Source: a virus
IMG/VR virus record: IMGVR_UViG_3300027396_000022
Coordinates: 1-64,000 of that record
Length of the DNA stretch: 64,000 nt
Reading direction: 5' to 3' (one strand)
In this document: in pieces, positions 48,464 through 57,182 of the stretch
Position numbering within the stretch: the stretch's first letter is position 1
How the letters are laid out: each line of letters begins with the position of its first letter
Notes under the pieces: generated by a model
Database searches by the model: none
The model's input: only the letters and a program-made list of their open reading frames with translations
What the model was told of the DNA's origin: nothing
Program-made: the position numbers and the translations under genes

Positions 48464-49176
48464 GCGGGATTGTCAGCGATGTACTTGGCAATGAACTCCT
48501 TATGTTCAGGGAACTGGATGCGGTCAGCGATACGCGGCGCCATGATCTTGAACTGCTTTTTGAAGGCAGTAATCAGATCATCACGTTTTTCGTAACCCTT
48601 GACCCAACCCTTGATTTCCTCAACCTCTTCATCGGTCAGAAAAACGACCTTTGATTCAGCCTTGGATTCGGTCTTGGTCTTTGCCTTGGGTTGAGTGTCC
48701 TGCACTTGGGACGGTTGCGCCTTGGGCGTGTCCTGCTGCAGGGCTGGCTTGGTCGGTTCTTCGCGGTGCGGGTTTTCTATGGCTTCCCGTGCCCAGAGTT
48801 GCCATGCAAGGCCGAATTGCGCGGCTGCAGCAGTACAGAGGCAACGCCGATGAGCATCAGTGAGATCACGGGCAGTGACCTTTTCAAACGCGATGGCGTT
48901 GTTGCGGTTATCCATGATCGCCTGCGGGAATGGCGGCGTATCGGATCCGTTGACGTGTTCAAAACACCCGACCACATAAGCGGTTCCGTCGGGAGACTTC
49001 CAGACATGGCCGGTTTCTGGGTGAGCCTTGAGCGCAAACTGCCAGCCAGGCGCATGATCATGGAGTAGGTGGGCAACACGGCACCAGTTGACGTAATCAG
49101 CGGCGTAGGAGCCGGTTCCTTTGGTTGATACGTCTTGCTGCGTAATGATGCCCCCAAGATTGGGGTAATCGGTCAT
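48460..49176 (-). CDS. Single-strand annealing protein, DUF1071/Sak3-like
   Basis: YVNW, IMDNRN.AI, RR.LC...A..FGL...LW. Confidence 0.7.
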   Translation of the reverse strand: MTDYPNLGGIITQQDVSTKGTGSYAADYVNWCRVAHLLHDHAPGWQFALKAHPETGHVWKSPDGTAYVVGCFEHVNGSDTPPFPQAIMDNRNNAIAFEKVTARDLTDAHRRCLCTAAAAQFGLAWQLWAREAIENPHREEPTKPALQQDTPKAQPSQVQDTQPKAKTKTESKAESKVVFLTDEEVEEIKGWVKGYEKRDDLITAFKKQFKIMAPRIADRIQFPEHKEFIAKYIADNPA

Positions 49177-49231
49177 AGGGATTGCGCGGGTTGTGTGGTG
49201 ATCGGTTGAGGACGGGCTTCGGACCCATCAA

Positions 49232-49261
49232 GAGTATACCCTTAAATGCAAGGGCTGTCTA
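49232..49261 (-). promoter_or_regulatory. Leftward sigma70-like promoter
   Basis: TAGACA-17-TATACT. Confidence 0.65.
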
Positions 49262-50002
49262 GATCCTTTCAAATCTGTATCCGGCAGTCTTATGTCCTTT
49301 GTCAACCGCCCGCGCAATGCACTGCCTTACAACAAATACATCACGAGCAGCGGCTCCCATGCTTGGGTAGATCTTGCCAGTTTCAATACAGCGCACACGT
49401 TTTTGTTTCCATTGCCGATCCGGTCGTTTCGGGTACTTCCGCAAGATTTCCTTTGCCCATCGTGAATCTTCTAGCAACATCTGAAGGCCAACCTCATTAG
49501 CCCCGCCAAGACGTGAAGGATGATGGCGTGCAAAATCCTTGAACATCTTGGTCGTTACATAATTAAACGTTTTCCTTTTGCTGTCGCGTCGGTATGTTTC
49601 AAGTGGATAATCCTTAAGACGCTTCCAACCCGCAATGGTGTCTCTGGATAGCCCAAGCATCTGGCCAAGTTTCATAAATGTATAAAACTCAACTGTTGGC
49701 CGGTTGGAATAGCCAAGCGTTCTAAGTTTTTTATCTATTGCGTGTTTGCTGCGATCAGGTAGCCCATTAACACGTGCCCATAAATTAAACGAACGAACAA
49801 GCCGTGACAGCGGCATCGTATTGACGTGATCAATTAGCCAATCTGTTTCTTCCTGCGTCCATAGCCGGACCCGTGTTCGTGGCTTATTGGCGCAGCTACT
49901 ACTGCAGGTTTTTCGCGTTGACGGCCTGCCATTACGCAGGATTTTGATGTCAAATGCAGTGCCGCAAATCTTGCAAATGCGGACGTATTTTGATGCGTTC
50001 AC
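49259..50002 (-). CDS. DNA-binding protein with Zn-ribbon and NUMOD1-like C-terminus
   Basis: CKICG..F...TCS.SC; V.CIETGKIYPS...AAR. Confidence 0.6.
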   Translation of the reverse strand: MNASKYVRICKICGTAFDIKILRNGRPSTRKTCSSSCANKPRTRVRLWTQEETDWLIDHVNTMPLSRLVRSFNLWARVNGLPDRSKHAIDKKLRTLGYSNRPTVEFYTFMKLGQMLGLSRDTIAGWKRLKDYPLETYRRDSKRKTFNYVTTKMFKDFARHHPSRLGGANEVGLQMLLEDSRWAKEILRKYPKRPDRQWKQKRVRCIETGKIYPSMGAAARDVFVVRQCIARAVDKGHKTAGYRFERI

Positions 50003-50409
50003 AGTTTGTTAAGAGTGATCAGGGCTCCTGGTAATTCGCCTTCGTTGGCGTACTGTTTTGTGGCTATCAACGTCACGACCTGTGAATCGTCTTTGATCAA
50101 CACATTTGTAATCCCGTCCAAAGTTGAGCGGCAAAGCTTATCAAGATCAGGTTTAGTGAACTTGTAAAACGGCGCCTTAGGCTTGATTTCGCCTTTGCTG
50201 TTGTAATGCGCTTTTGGGCGGCTGAACAGAAAGGTAATCAATACGCTGACAGGTTCATCAATCAATGCCTCGCCGGTTTCAAGCGCTGCCTGGCTGACGG
50301 CAAAACGCCATGGCTTGACCTTCTTTGATGCTTCTACCATGCGGCCATTGCCAACATGTCGCTTGCTGCCCTGAGGCGCTGGCTCAATGCCCTGAACGGC
50401 AAACTTCAT
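49999..50409 (-). CDS. rusA: RusA-like Holliday junction resolvase
   Basis: P.PQGSK, KPDLDKL.R..LD......DDSQV. Confidence 0.88.
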   Translation of the reverse strand: MKFAVQGIEPAPQGSKRHVGNGRMVEASKKVKPWRFAVSQAALETGEALIDEPVSVLITFLFSRPKAHYNSKGEIKPKAPFYKFTKPDLDKLCRSTLDGITNVLIKDDSQVVTLIATKQYANEGELPGALITLNKL

Positions 50410-50535
50410 TTCGTATGCGTCAGACAACGATTCAGGTGTTCAACTGGCGTGCTCAGTGTGATGCCTTGAACGTCAGGGCGCATGGATAGCAACCAAAACA
50501 GAAACCGCGTCTGCCAAGTCAGGTTGTAAGGGTTG

Positions 50536-51248
50536 TCAATCATTCGATTGCATCAAACAATTTTCAAGATGTTTTTTTTGTGGAATGGACTGGTAGTACA
50601 GACTTTTGCGTTCGTCTTTCGGGTCAACGGTCAGCAGGTACTGCACCAGCTCTGCCACGGCGTTTGTGTATTGCTCTGGATCCCATAGGTCGTACTTGGC
50701 CAAGATGGCTTCAATGCGGTCGTCTACGGGAGAGCCAGCCATCAGAACTCTGCCTTTGGCAGCGTCACTCTCCAATATTCTGTTTCGCGCTTGGTGGCGA
50801 CGCCTTCAAACTGCTCTAGCTGCTGCAGTTCCTTGACGGCATTGCTGTATTGCCAACTCGTGCGCGTGCAGCGGGATACCTTGATGCCGTGAAGGGCAAG
50901 GTTGCCTTCGTCATCTTTGATGTCGTCTAGGTCGCCTGCGGTGTACATCAGGGCAAGGTCATCCATGAGGCGATCAAGGATTTCCTGATGACGGGCGATT
51001 TCTTTTTTGGTGCTGGCGATGACGCCGAGCAGGGTGTTGGGGTTGGTCATGGTGAAGAAAAGGCCCCATACGGGGCCACGAGATCAGAACAGGAGGCCGA
51101 GGCAGAAGCTCACGGCTGCAATCCAAAGAGCAACAGTGATCTGTTCTTTTGATTCGTTCACCTGTTGTTCAAGGGTTGAAGTGGTGTCGGCTTGCTGCTG
51201 TAGCAGGTCGATTAACTGCGCCTTGGTGGTACGGGTCAGGTTGGTCAT
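50536..51248 (-). other. Three small leftward ORFs (50536-50742, 50742-51050, 51084-51248)
   Basis: Adjacent ORFs downstream of the promoter at ~51285. Confidence 0.6.
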
Positions 51249-51283
51249 GGCGTTTCGTGTCGTGGTGGCATCGCTGCCATAGG

Positions 51284-51313
51284 GAGTATACCCCTAAACA
51301 GAGGCCGTGGCAA
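51284..51313 (-). promoter_or_regulatory. Leftward sigma70-like promoter
   Basis: TTGCCA-17-TATACT. Confidence 0.7.
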
Positions 51314-51319
51314 CCCGCC

Positions 51320-52054
51320 TCAAAACTCCGGTTGGTTCAGCATCAGGAACGCATCACGGGCGCCCTGCCACTCGATCACCGCCTCGTCAACGTCCACCTT
51401 TTGCAACGTCGTACTGCCAGGTCGGCTCCACAGCACCCCAGCCTTCTGCACATACAGCTTCGGCCAGTGCAGGCTCAGCATTCCCAAGTACCCGCCCAAC
51501 TGTGGGCTCACGTCATACGGGCTGGCATCGGCCTTGCCCTGCGTTTTCAAATCCACCAGCACAAGCTGTTCGTAATCATCCTTACGCCGCAGCAGGCAAT
51601 CGAAGCTGCCCGCAATGTTGCGTTCTAAATCCGCCAACCGATATTCACAGGCCACTGCCTCATACGTATTCCAAACGGAATGTTCAAGCAGCGGCTCAAC
51701 CCATTCGCTGTAGTCAGCCGGATACACCCCTGGCTCACCAGTCGTCAGAAAGTTTTCCAACGCCAAATGAACTGCCTTCCCACGCGGTTCCCAAATGTGT
51801 TTGGTCTCCATAATCCGTTTCATCGCCCACGCATCCTTCGTGCCCTTGCACACCTGCGTTACTGAATGATTCAGCCACTGACCCGTGGGCTGCCATTGGT
51901 AGCGGTGCGCTTCCTCGTTGAACAGGATCGGCAGCGGCGGTAACCACCGGGAAGTCTCTTGGATCTGTGATTTGGACTCGTTCGGCTGGTGTGGGCTCAT
52001 CTCTGAGGGGATTACGGAAGACGGGCGGTGTAAAACCGGGAATGCGTTTGGCAT
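51320..52054 (-). CDS. PD-(D/E)xK exonuclease-like protein (start uncertain)
   Basis: F.EE.HRY, SVT, RG..VH, E....AGSFD, DLKT, QL..Y. Confidence 0.8.
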   Translation of the reverse strand: MPNAFPVLHRPSSVIPSEMSPHQPNESKSQIQETSRWLPPLPILFNEEAHRYQWQPTGQWLNHSVTQVCKGTKDAWAMKRIMETKHIWEPRGKAVHLALENFLTTGEPGVYPADYSEWVEPLLEHSVWNTYEAVACEYRLADLERNIAGSFDCLLRRKDDYEQLVLVDLKTQGKADASPYDVSPQLGGYLGMLSLHWPKLYVQKAGVLWSRPGSTTLQKVDVDEAVIEWQGARDAFLMLNQPEF

Positions 52055-52175
52055 CCTCCATTGTGATGACCCAGCCGCGTGATGGCACGTCTAGGTCTTG
52101 CAAGGTCCAATGTCCGGCTTCAATGCCACGTCTAAGCAGACGGCAAACCTCGGCGGCATCAAATGCTGGTTTCAT
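51735..52175 (-). CDS. Hypothetical protein (N-terminal part likely real)
   Basis: MKPAFD...LLRRGI..G.WTL.DLD.PS.GW. Confidence 0.5.
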   Translation of the reverse strand: MKPAFDAAEVCRLLRRGIEAGHWTLQDLDVPSRGWVITMEDAKRIPGFTPPVFRNPLRDEPTPAERVQITDPRDFPVVTAAADPVQRGSAPLPMAAHGSVAESFSNAGVQGHEGCVGDETDYGDQTHLGTAWEGSSFGVGKLSDDW

Positions 52176-53104
52176 GCCTCGCTTGGTTTGAATTGTTGAC
52201 ACTCAGCAAGCAACTTTGCAGCCATATCAGGCCGCAACAGACCCATCTCCCTAGCTGAATAAACGATCAAATCCCAGTCATAGGCGACATAACAAGCAAT
52301 CGGAACATTCTTTCCGGTTTTGGTCGGAAACAGCAACGGAAATCCACGGCTATGGCGTTTTTCGCTCAAATATCCGTTGCTGTATTCAGGATCTTTGTCG
52401 TAACGGAGTCTGTAAGCCGCCTTGGTTCGTTTGCCTAATTCTGCTTCACGATTGGTGACTAACTTTGTAAGATTTGAATCGTTAAGTTGCAGGAAAAACT
52501 CGGTTACGCCAATGGGTATTTCAGGGTCAACAACGACACCCATAAAACGCGGCAGTTTGTCTAATGGCGAGAGAACCGATGACGTACCGGGCAGCATTCC
52601 GGTTGCCGATTGAACCGCAACAGATTTAAGAAGCAAAAGATCGCGCTTAAGCTCAATCTCCATGCGGGCATCAATAAGTCCCGGCGTATGTGTTGCGATC
52701 ATTTGATGTATGTCGCAAACAATCTTTGCGGCGGTTCCAATAGTTTCTATTGGACTTAAAGCCAGTGGTTGATTGTCTTGCGCCAGTGATTTGCGTTCAA
52801 GTTCTTCCAAAAACCATTTATCCATCCACACGGCAAATGGTGCATTTATCCAACGCGCCAAATCAACAGCTACTTGAGGATGAATCCATGTCTCGTTGCC
52901 ATGGCGTACCTGCACAAGTTGAGAGATGGGAATCTGCGTCTCTTCAAAAAGCGCTTCCGCGTATTCGCCAGCGCGATCAGTCCGCCAGTAATCGGCCCAT
53001 CGTTTGTCGTTGGCTTTGCACATCGCAGTTGCGTTGACAAAACCGTCTGTAGTGCGACGGGCAATGGGCGTGCCATTCCAGGCACGAGTGACCAAATCGG
53101 GCAT
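52172..53104 (-). CDS. KilA-N domain protein
   Basis: R..DGFVNATAMCKA..K....Y, TWIHPQVAVDLARW. Confidence 0.9.
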   Translation of the reverse strand: MPDLVTRAWNGTPIARRTTDGFVNATAMCKANDKRWADYWRTDRAGEYAEALFEETQIPISQLVQVRHGNETWIHPQVAVDLARWINAPFAVWMDKWFLEELERKSLAQDNQPLALSPIETIGTAAKIVCDIHQMIATHTPGLIDARMEIELKRDLLLLKSVAVQSATGMLPGTSSVLSPLDKLPRFMGVVVDPEIPIGVTEFFLQLNDSNLTKLVTNREAELGKRTKAAYRLRYDKDPEYSNGYLSEKRHSRGFPLLFPTKTGKNVPIACYVAYDWDLIVYSAREMGLLRPDMAAKLLAECQQFKPSEA

Positions 53105-53337
53105 TTTTTTTGGGTGTAGACCCGATTCCTTGCTAGGGGGACCGGGATTTGGGGTGACGATAGAAGGTTTTGGGCGCTTTCGCAAGCCTTTGAATCCGAA
53201 GCCGGAGATAATTGCACTCAGTTGTGACTAGGTGCGTCAGCTTGCGCCAACGGGTGACAGCGAGTTAAGATTGTGTCGCTAGGGGGACCGCAAGGTCTTT
53301 GAAGGGGCGGGGCTTACGGGCTCTGCCCTTTCTGCTT

Positions 53338-53625
53338 TTAAATCTCCCTCCATAGCCGCTGCGTATCTGCCTTGTCTCGTTCTGACGCGGCCATGGGATG
53401 CAGGACGTAACGCGCTGCTAGCGGGCTCTTGGGGTCATCAGCGCCCACGTTCGGGCAGAAGGTCATGTACAAGCCCTGATCGTCGTACTTGCCCATCGGG
53501 TGCCCGTAGCAGGCATCAGGCGGTGCTGTGCGGGTCGTGGTGACGCTGTAGCTGACCTGCTTGGTCTTGGCATCAGCGGTCTGCCAGACGTACTTGCCCT
53601 TGTTTTCTGGTGCGTACAGTTTCAT
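53338..53625 (-). CDS. Hypothetical protein
   Basis: ORF after the replication gene. Confidence 0.55.
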   Translation of the reverse strand: MKLYAPENKGKYVWQTADAKTKQVSYSVTTTRTAPPDACYGHPMGKYDDQGLYMTFCPNVGADDPKSPLAARYVLHPMAASERDKADTQRLWREI

Positions 53626-53657
53626 GGTGAGTCTCAAATGAGCAATAAAAGGCAGGA

Positions 53658-54365
53658 TCAGTCGTCGTAAACCCAGCAGCGGTTTTCCTCGTCCCAATAT
53701 TTCCCGCCGCTCTGACGCTTGTGCTCTTCGAGATACACCTCGTATTTGCCATCACGAAGCCAGCGAAACAGGTCAGGAAGGCTGCCAACAAACTCCCCAA
53801 CGGTCTTTCTGCGCTTTTGCTCAGCAATGGCATTGTTGACCGCTCCAAGCAATCGTTCTTCGCCCTCGGCCTTCACCACCTTTTTCCATTCCTCAAACGC
53901 CTTCGGCTTGGACTGGGATGAGACTCGATCAGGTGCCGACTGATAGGTTTTCCACAGGAGCGCAAAGCCTTCGGAATACTCAACCTTTGCCGATTTTGCA
54001 ACCTTTTTATTGCCTATTTCTTTTTTTGTGTCCAATTCTTTTGGCAAGAAAGCCAAATCCAAACAGCCATCTGAACCAACAGCCGAAACAGCCTTCCCTT
54101 CGCTGGAAGGTTGCTGAGGCGTAGATTCTTGAACCTGCTTCGGTTGGGAGTTACCTAGAGGTGGTGTCCCCGCACCGACACGGTACGCGGGTAGCTTAGC
54201 CTCCCTGTCAATACCCACCTCTAGTAAAAAGGCGCAAAAGGTAGTCAGGGACAGGGTTCTCGGGCGAAAACGCTCCAAGTCTTCGACCAAATCGTCGGGT
54301 AATCGCAGGAAAATGGCCTTTGGCATTGCTTGCTGATTTTTGCTTGGTGCAACGAAAGCTTGCAA
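53658..54365 (-). CDS. Putative replication initiator
   Basis: YS..F..LW..Y...QSK.KAF..WK, PD.FRWLRDG.YE. Confidence 0.6.
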   Translation of the reverse strand: MQAFVAPSKNQQAMPKAIFLRLPDDLVEDLERFRPRTLSLTTFCAFLLEVGIDREAKLPAYRVGAGTPPLGNSQPKQVQESTPQQPSSEGKAVSAVGSDGCLDLAFLPKELDTKKEIGNKKVAKSAKVEYSEGFALLWKTYQSAPDRVSSQSKPKAFEEWKKVVKAEGEERLLGAVNNAIAEQKRRKTVGEFVGSLPDLFRWLRDGKYEVYLEEHKRQSGGKYWDEENRCWVYDD

Positions 54366-54522
54366 AGACTAGCCACGGTTTTCAGGCTGGCAAGTGCCCT
54401 CCGGCACACTTCCAAAAATCTTCAGGATCGCTTTTCCACAGCCTTGTCTGTCTCGTTCGCGTCTCATCCGCGCCATTCTCTCCTTTTGGGTTTATCCTTA
54501 TTTCATCGCTTTTATTTCAACC

Positions 54523-54840
54523 TTGGCGCGTTCTACCGCCGCTGAAGTCAACTTCCGTATTGACACCGTTTACGGTCTTCTGACCGAAGGAAAATCGCGT
54601 GGTCAGATTGTTCAGTTCGGCGCAGAACAGTGGAATGTAGATATTCGTCAAGTCGATAACTACATCAAACGCGCACGAATCCGCCTAGAAGAAGACGCCG
54701 CCATGACCCGGCCTTCATGGATTGCCGAAGCCCTAGGCCGTCTTCGTACCTACGAACAATCCGCCTACAAGCGCGGCCAAACGCAAGTCGCCCTGAATTC
54801 GGTCCAACTCCAAGCCAAACTGATCGGCCTTGAAATTTGA
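54523..54840 (+). CDS. terS: Putative terminase small subunit
   Basis: HTH-like W.V..RQ.D.YI..AR; upstream of TerL. Confidence 0.6.
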   Translation: MARSTAAEVNFRIDTVYGLLTEGKSRGQIVQFGAEQWNVDIRQVDNYIKRARIRLEEDAAMTRPSWIAEALGRLRTYEQSAYKRGQTQVALNSVQLQAKLIGLEI

Positions 54841-55472
54841 GCCTGCTCGCCCCTAGCTTTGCCTTTCGCTCCGTCACGGGCTACTATAAAGGAATGGCGA
54901 AGCTTACGACCGCGCAGTTCGTTGAACGCGCAAAGGCCGCCCATGGCGACCGCTTTGATTATTGCTGTTCTGATTACCAAGGCGCACTCACCAAAATCGC
55001 CATCATTTGCCCTTTTCACGGGTTGTTCATGCAATTGCCTACAAATCACTGGCGCGGAGCGGGCTGCAAGGAGTGTCGAAAAACAAGCAGCCCAGAAATT
55101 CGTCGCGCCAATGCAGCCAAAAGGCAAGCAAAATTGCGTGAGCGCCAGCGGCATACGCCTGAATACAAAATTGCCAATTTTTCCCGTGTTCGCCTTTACA
55201 AGGCTTTGTCTTCGCAGGGCATAAGAAAAAATTGTCGCACTGCCGATTGGCTTGGCTGTTCACCTGCCGAACTTCGTGATTACATTGCTGCCAAGTTTGA
55301 GGATGGTATGACTTGGGATAATTTTGGGCAATGGGAGGTTGACCACATTCGCCCTTGCGCCAGCTTTGATCTAACCGATCCCGTACAACGACTTGCTTGT
55401 TTTCATTTCACAAACCTTCAACCACTTTGGAGAAACGATAATCGCCGCAAAAGCGCCAAGATGCTGGAATGA
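54837..55472 (+). CDS. HNH homing endonuclease (probable start 54894)
   Basis: HGD.FDY...ICP.HG.F; GMTWDN.G.WEVDHI.P...HFTNLQPLW...N..K. Confidence 0.88.
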   Translation: MSLLAPSFAFRSVTGYYKGMAKLTTAQFVERAKAAHGDRFDYCCSDYQGALTKIAIICPFHGLFMQLPTNHWRGAGCKECRKTSSPEIRRANAAKRQAKLRERQRHTPEYKIANFSRVRLYKALSSQGIRKNCRTADWLGCSPAELRDYIAAKFEDGMTWDNFGQWEVDHIRPCASFDLTDPVQRLACFHFTNLQPLWRNDNRRKSAKMLE

Positions 55473-56794
55473 GCCCATCCATACTTGACGGCTGTCCTGG
55501 CGGCTTTCTGCTTGAAGCCCCGATTACAGTTTGCGACGAAAGGGATTGGACTCCGTTTGCGAGGCGCCTTTACGACTCTCTTACTCCTCCACAACGCGAG
55601 GTATGGGACGCGCCAGAACGCTTCAAACTTCTTTGTTCTGGTCGTCGCTTTGGTAAAACATACCTTTGTATTGCCCGTTTAGTCGCTTGGGCGATTGAGC
55701 ATCCAAATTCGCTCAATTGGTACTGCACTCAAACCTATAAATCGGCAAAACAAATCGCATGGCGTCAGCTTCGTGCCATGGTACCGCCCGAAATGTTTGC
55801 CAGAAAAAATGAATCCGAACTGTCGGTTGAATTAAGCAACGGCAGCGTGATCGCCTTGAAAGGCGCTGAATCAGCCGATGCCCTCCGTGGCGTGTCGCTT
55901 AGCAGCCTGATCGTTGACGAAGCCGCTTACGTCAAGCAGGAAGCATGGGAGATGGTGCTACGCCCAGCGCTGTCAGACCAAGGCGGTCCGGCATGGTTCA
56001 TTACAACGCCTGCTGGCCTCAACTGGTTTCACGACTTGTGGGAACAGGCGCAAGATCAGCCGGACTGGTCAACCTTCAGTTACACCACCATTGAAGGTGG
56101 CAACGTTCCTGAAGATGAAGTTGAAGCGGCACGCCGCACGCTTGACGACCGCACATTTCGGCAGGAATACCTCGCCAGCTTTGAAACCCTGTCCGGTCGT
56201 GTTTACCCAGACTTCAACGACGACAATATTTCTGATGAAGTGCGCGATACCGGCGGCCCGATCCTGTGGGGCACTGACTTCAACGTGAGCGTGCTGGCCG
56301 GTGTGCTTGGTAGCCGTGTTGGCGACACCCTCCATATATGGGATGAGGTGTCCGTGACGCAAACCAATACTGATGAGGTGTGCGCCATGCTGCGTGATCG
56401 GTTCAGGGATCGGAAGCTGATCGCTTACCCGGACCCAACCGGCAGTGCTCGTAAGACTTCATCGGCTGGCCGCACGGACCATGAGATCATTCGCCAATAC
56501 GGGTTCGGCTGCGTCAGTCCCAAGGCGCCGTGGTCGGTGAAGGACAAGATCAACGCCACCAACAGTTTGATCCGTAACGCCAACGGCCAGATCCGCCTGT
56601 TTGTCCATCCACGCTGCAAGAACACAATTAAGGCGCTGCGCAACGTGACCTACAAGCAGGGTGCTGACGATTACGTGATTGACAAGTCGGCCGGGATCGA
56701 GCACTGGACAGACGGGTTGGGGTATTTGGTCATGTCTGAGTTCAACCCGCTGTACGCCAACGCCGGCAAGGGCACGGGCATCAGGCTGTATTGA
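55469..56794 (+). CDS. terL: Terminase large subunit (phage B)
   Basis: GRRFGKT, LRG, VDEAA, TTP.G.NWF, G.DFN, YPDP.G, H..D.LGY. Confidence 0.95.
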   Translation: MSPSILDGCPGGFLLEAPITVCDERDWTPFARRLYDSLTPPQREVWDAPERFKLLCSGRRFGKTYLCIARLVAWAIEHPNSLNWYCTQTYKSAKQIAWRQLRAMVPPEMFARKNESELSVELSNGSVIALKGAESADALRGVSLSSLIVDEAAYVKQEAWEMVLRPALSDQGGPAWFITTPAGLNWFHDLWEQAQDQPDWSTFSYTTIEGGNVPEDEVEAARRTLDDRTFRQEYLASFETLSGRVYPDFNDDNISDEVRDTGGPILWGTDFNVSVLAGVLGSRVGDTLHIWDEVSVTQTNTDEVCAMLRDRFRDRKLIAYPDPTGSARKTSSAGRTDHEIIRQYGFGCVSPKAPWSVKDKINATNSLIRNANGQIRLFVHPRCKNTIKALRNVTYKQGADDYVIDKSAGIEHWTDGLGYLVMSEFNPLYANAGKGTGIRLY

Positions 56795-56877
56795 CCGTCA
56801 TGGGGTATACTCTCGATATCTACCGCTACCCTTGAATCGTTCCCGCTCTGCCTTGGCATCGGGCTGCGCTTTTTCTC

Positions 56878-57066
56878 ATGTCTGCACCTCTCTGGCACGA
56901 TCTTGAAGCCGCCTTCGATTCCGTTCAAGACAACGGCTCTTACGACTTCAACGAAGCCGCCTCAGCCATGCTCACCACCCTGCAGCAATGGCTTTACGAC
57001 AACGGCCTTGACGATGCCGGCGATGCCCTTGAAGACGAAATAACCTCAGCCGATCAGGCCGCGTAA
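56878..57066 (+). CDS. Small acidic protein
   Basis: ORF after the promoter motif at 56800-56812. Confidence 0.6.
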   Translation: MSAPLWHDLEAAFDSVQDNGSYDFNEAASAMLTTLQQWLYDNGLDDAGDALEDEITSADQAA

Positions 57067-57077
57067 ACTTTCACCTT

Positions 57078-57136
57078 GCCGGGTCGGTTCTAACCGTAAG
57101 GCTGAACGCCGTGTGTGGCGGTATCGGAGGCCCGGC
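57078..57136 (+). ncRNA. Candidate small structured RNA / leader
   Basis: GCCGGG/CCCGGC closing stem, CC-GTAA-GG and CGCC-GTGTGT-GGCG hairpins; TAAACT just upstream. Confidence 0.4.
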
Positions 57137-57182
57137 TTACATTTGCCCAATAGAATCAAACTACGGCTAAACGCGGCAGATC

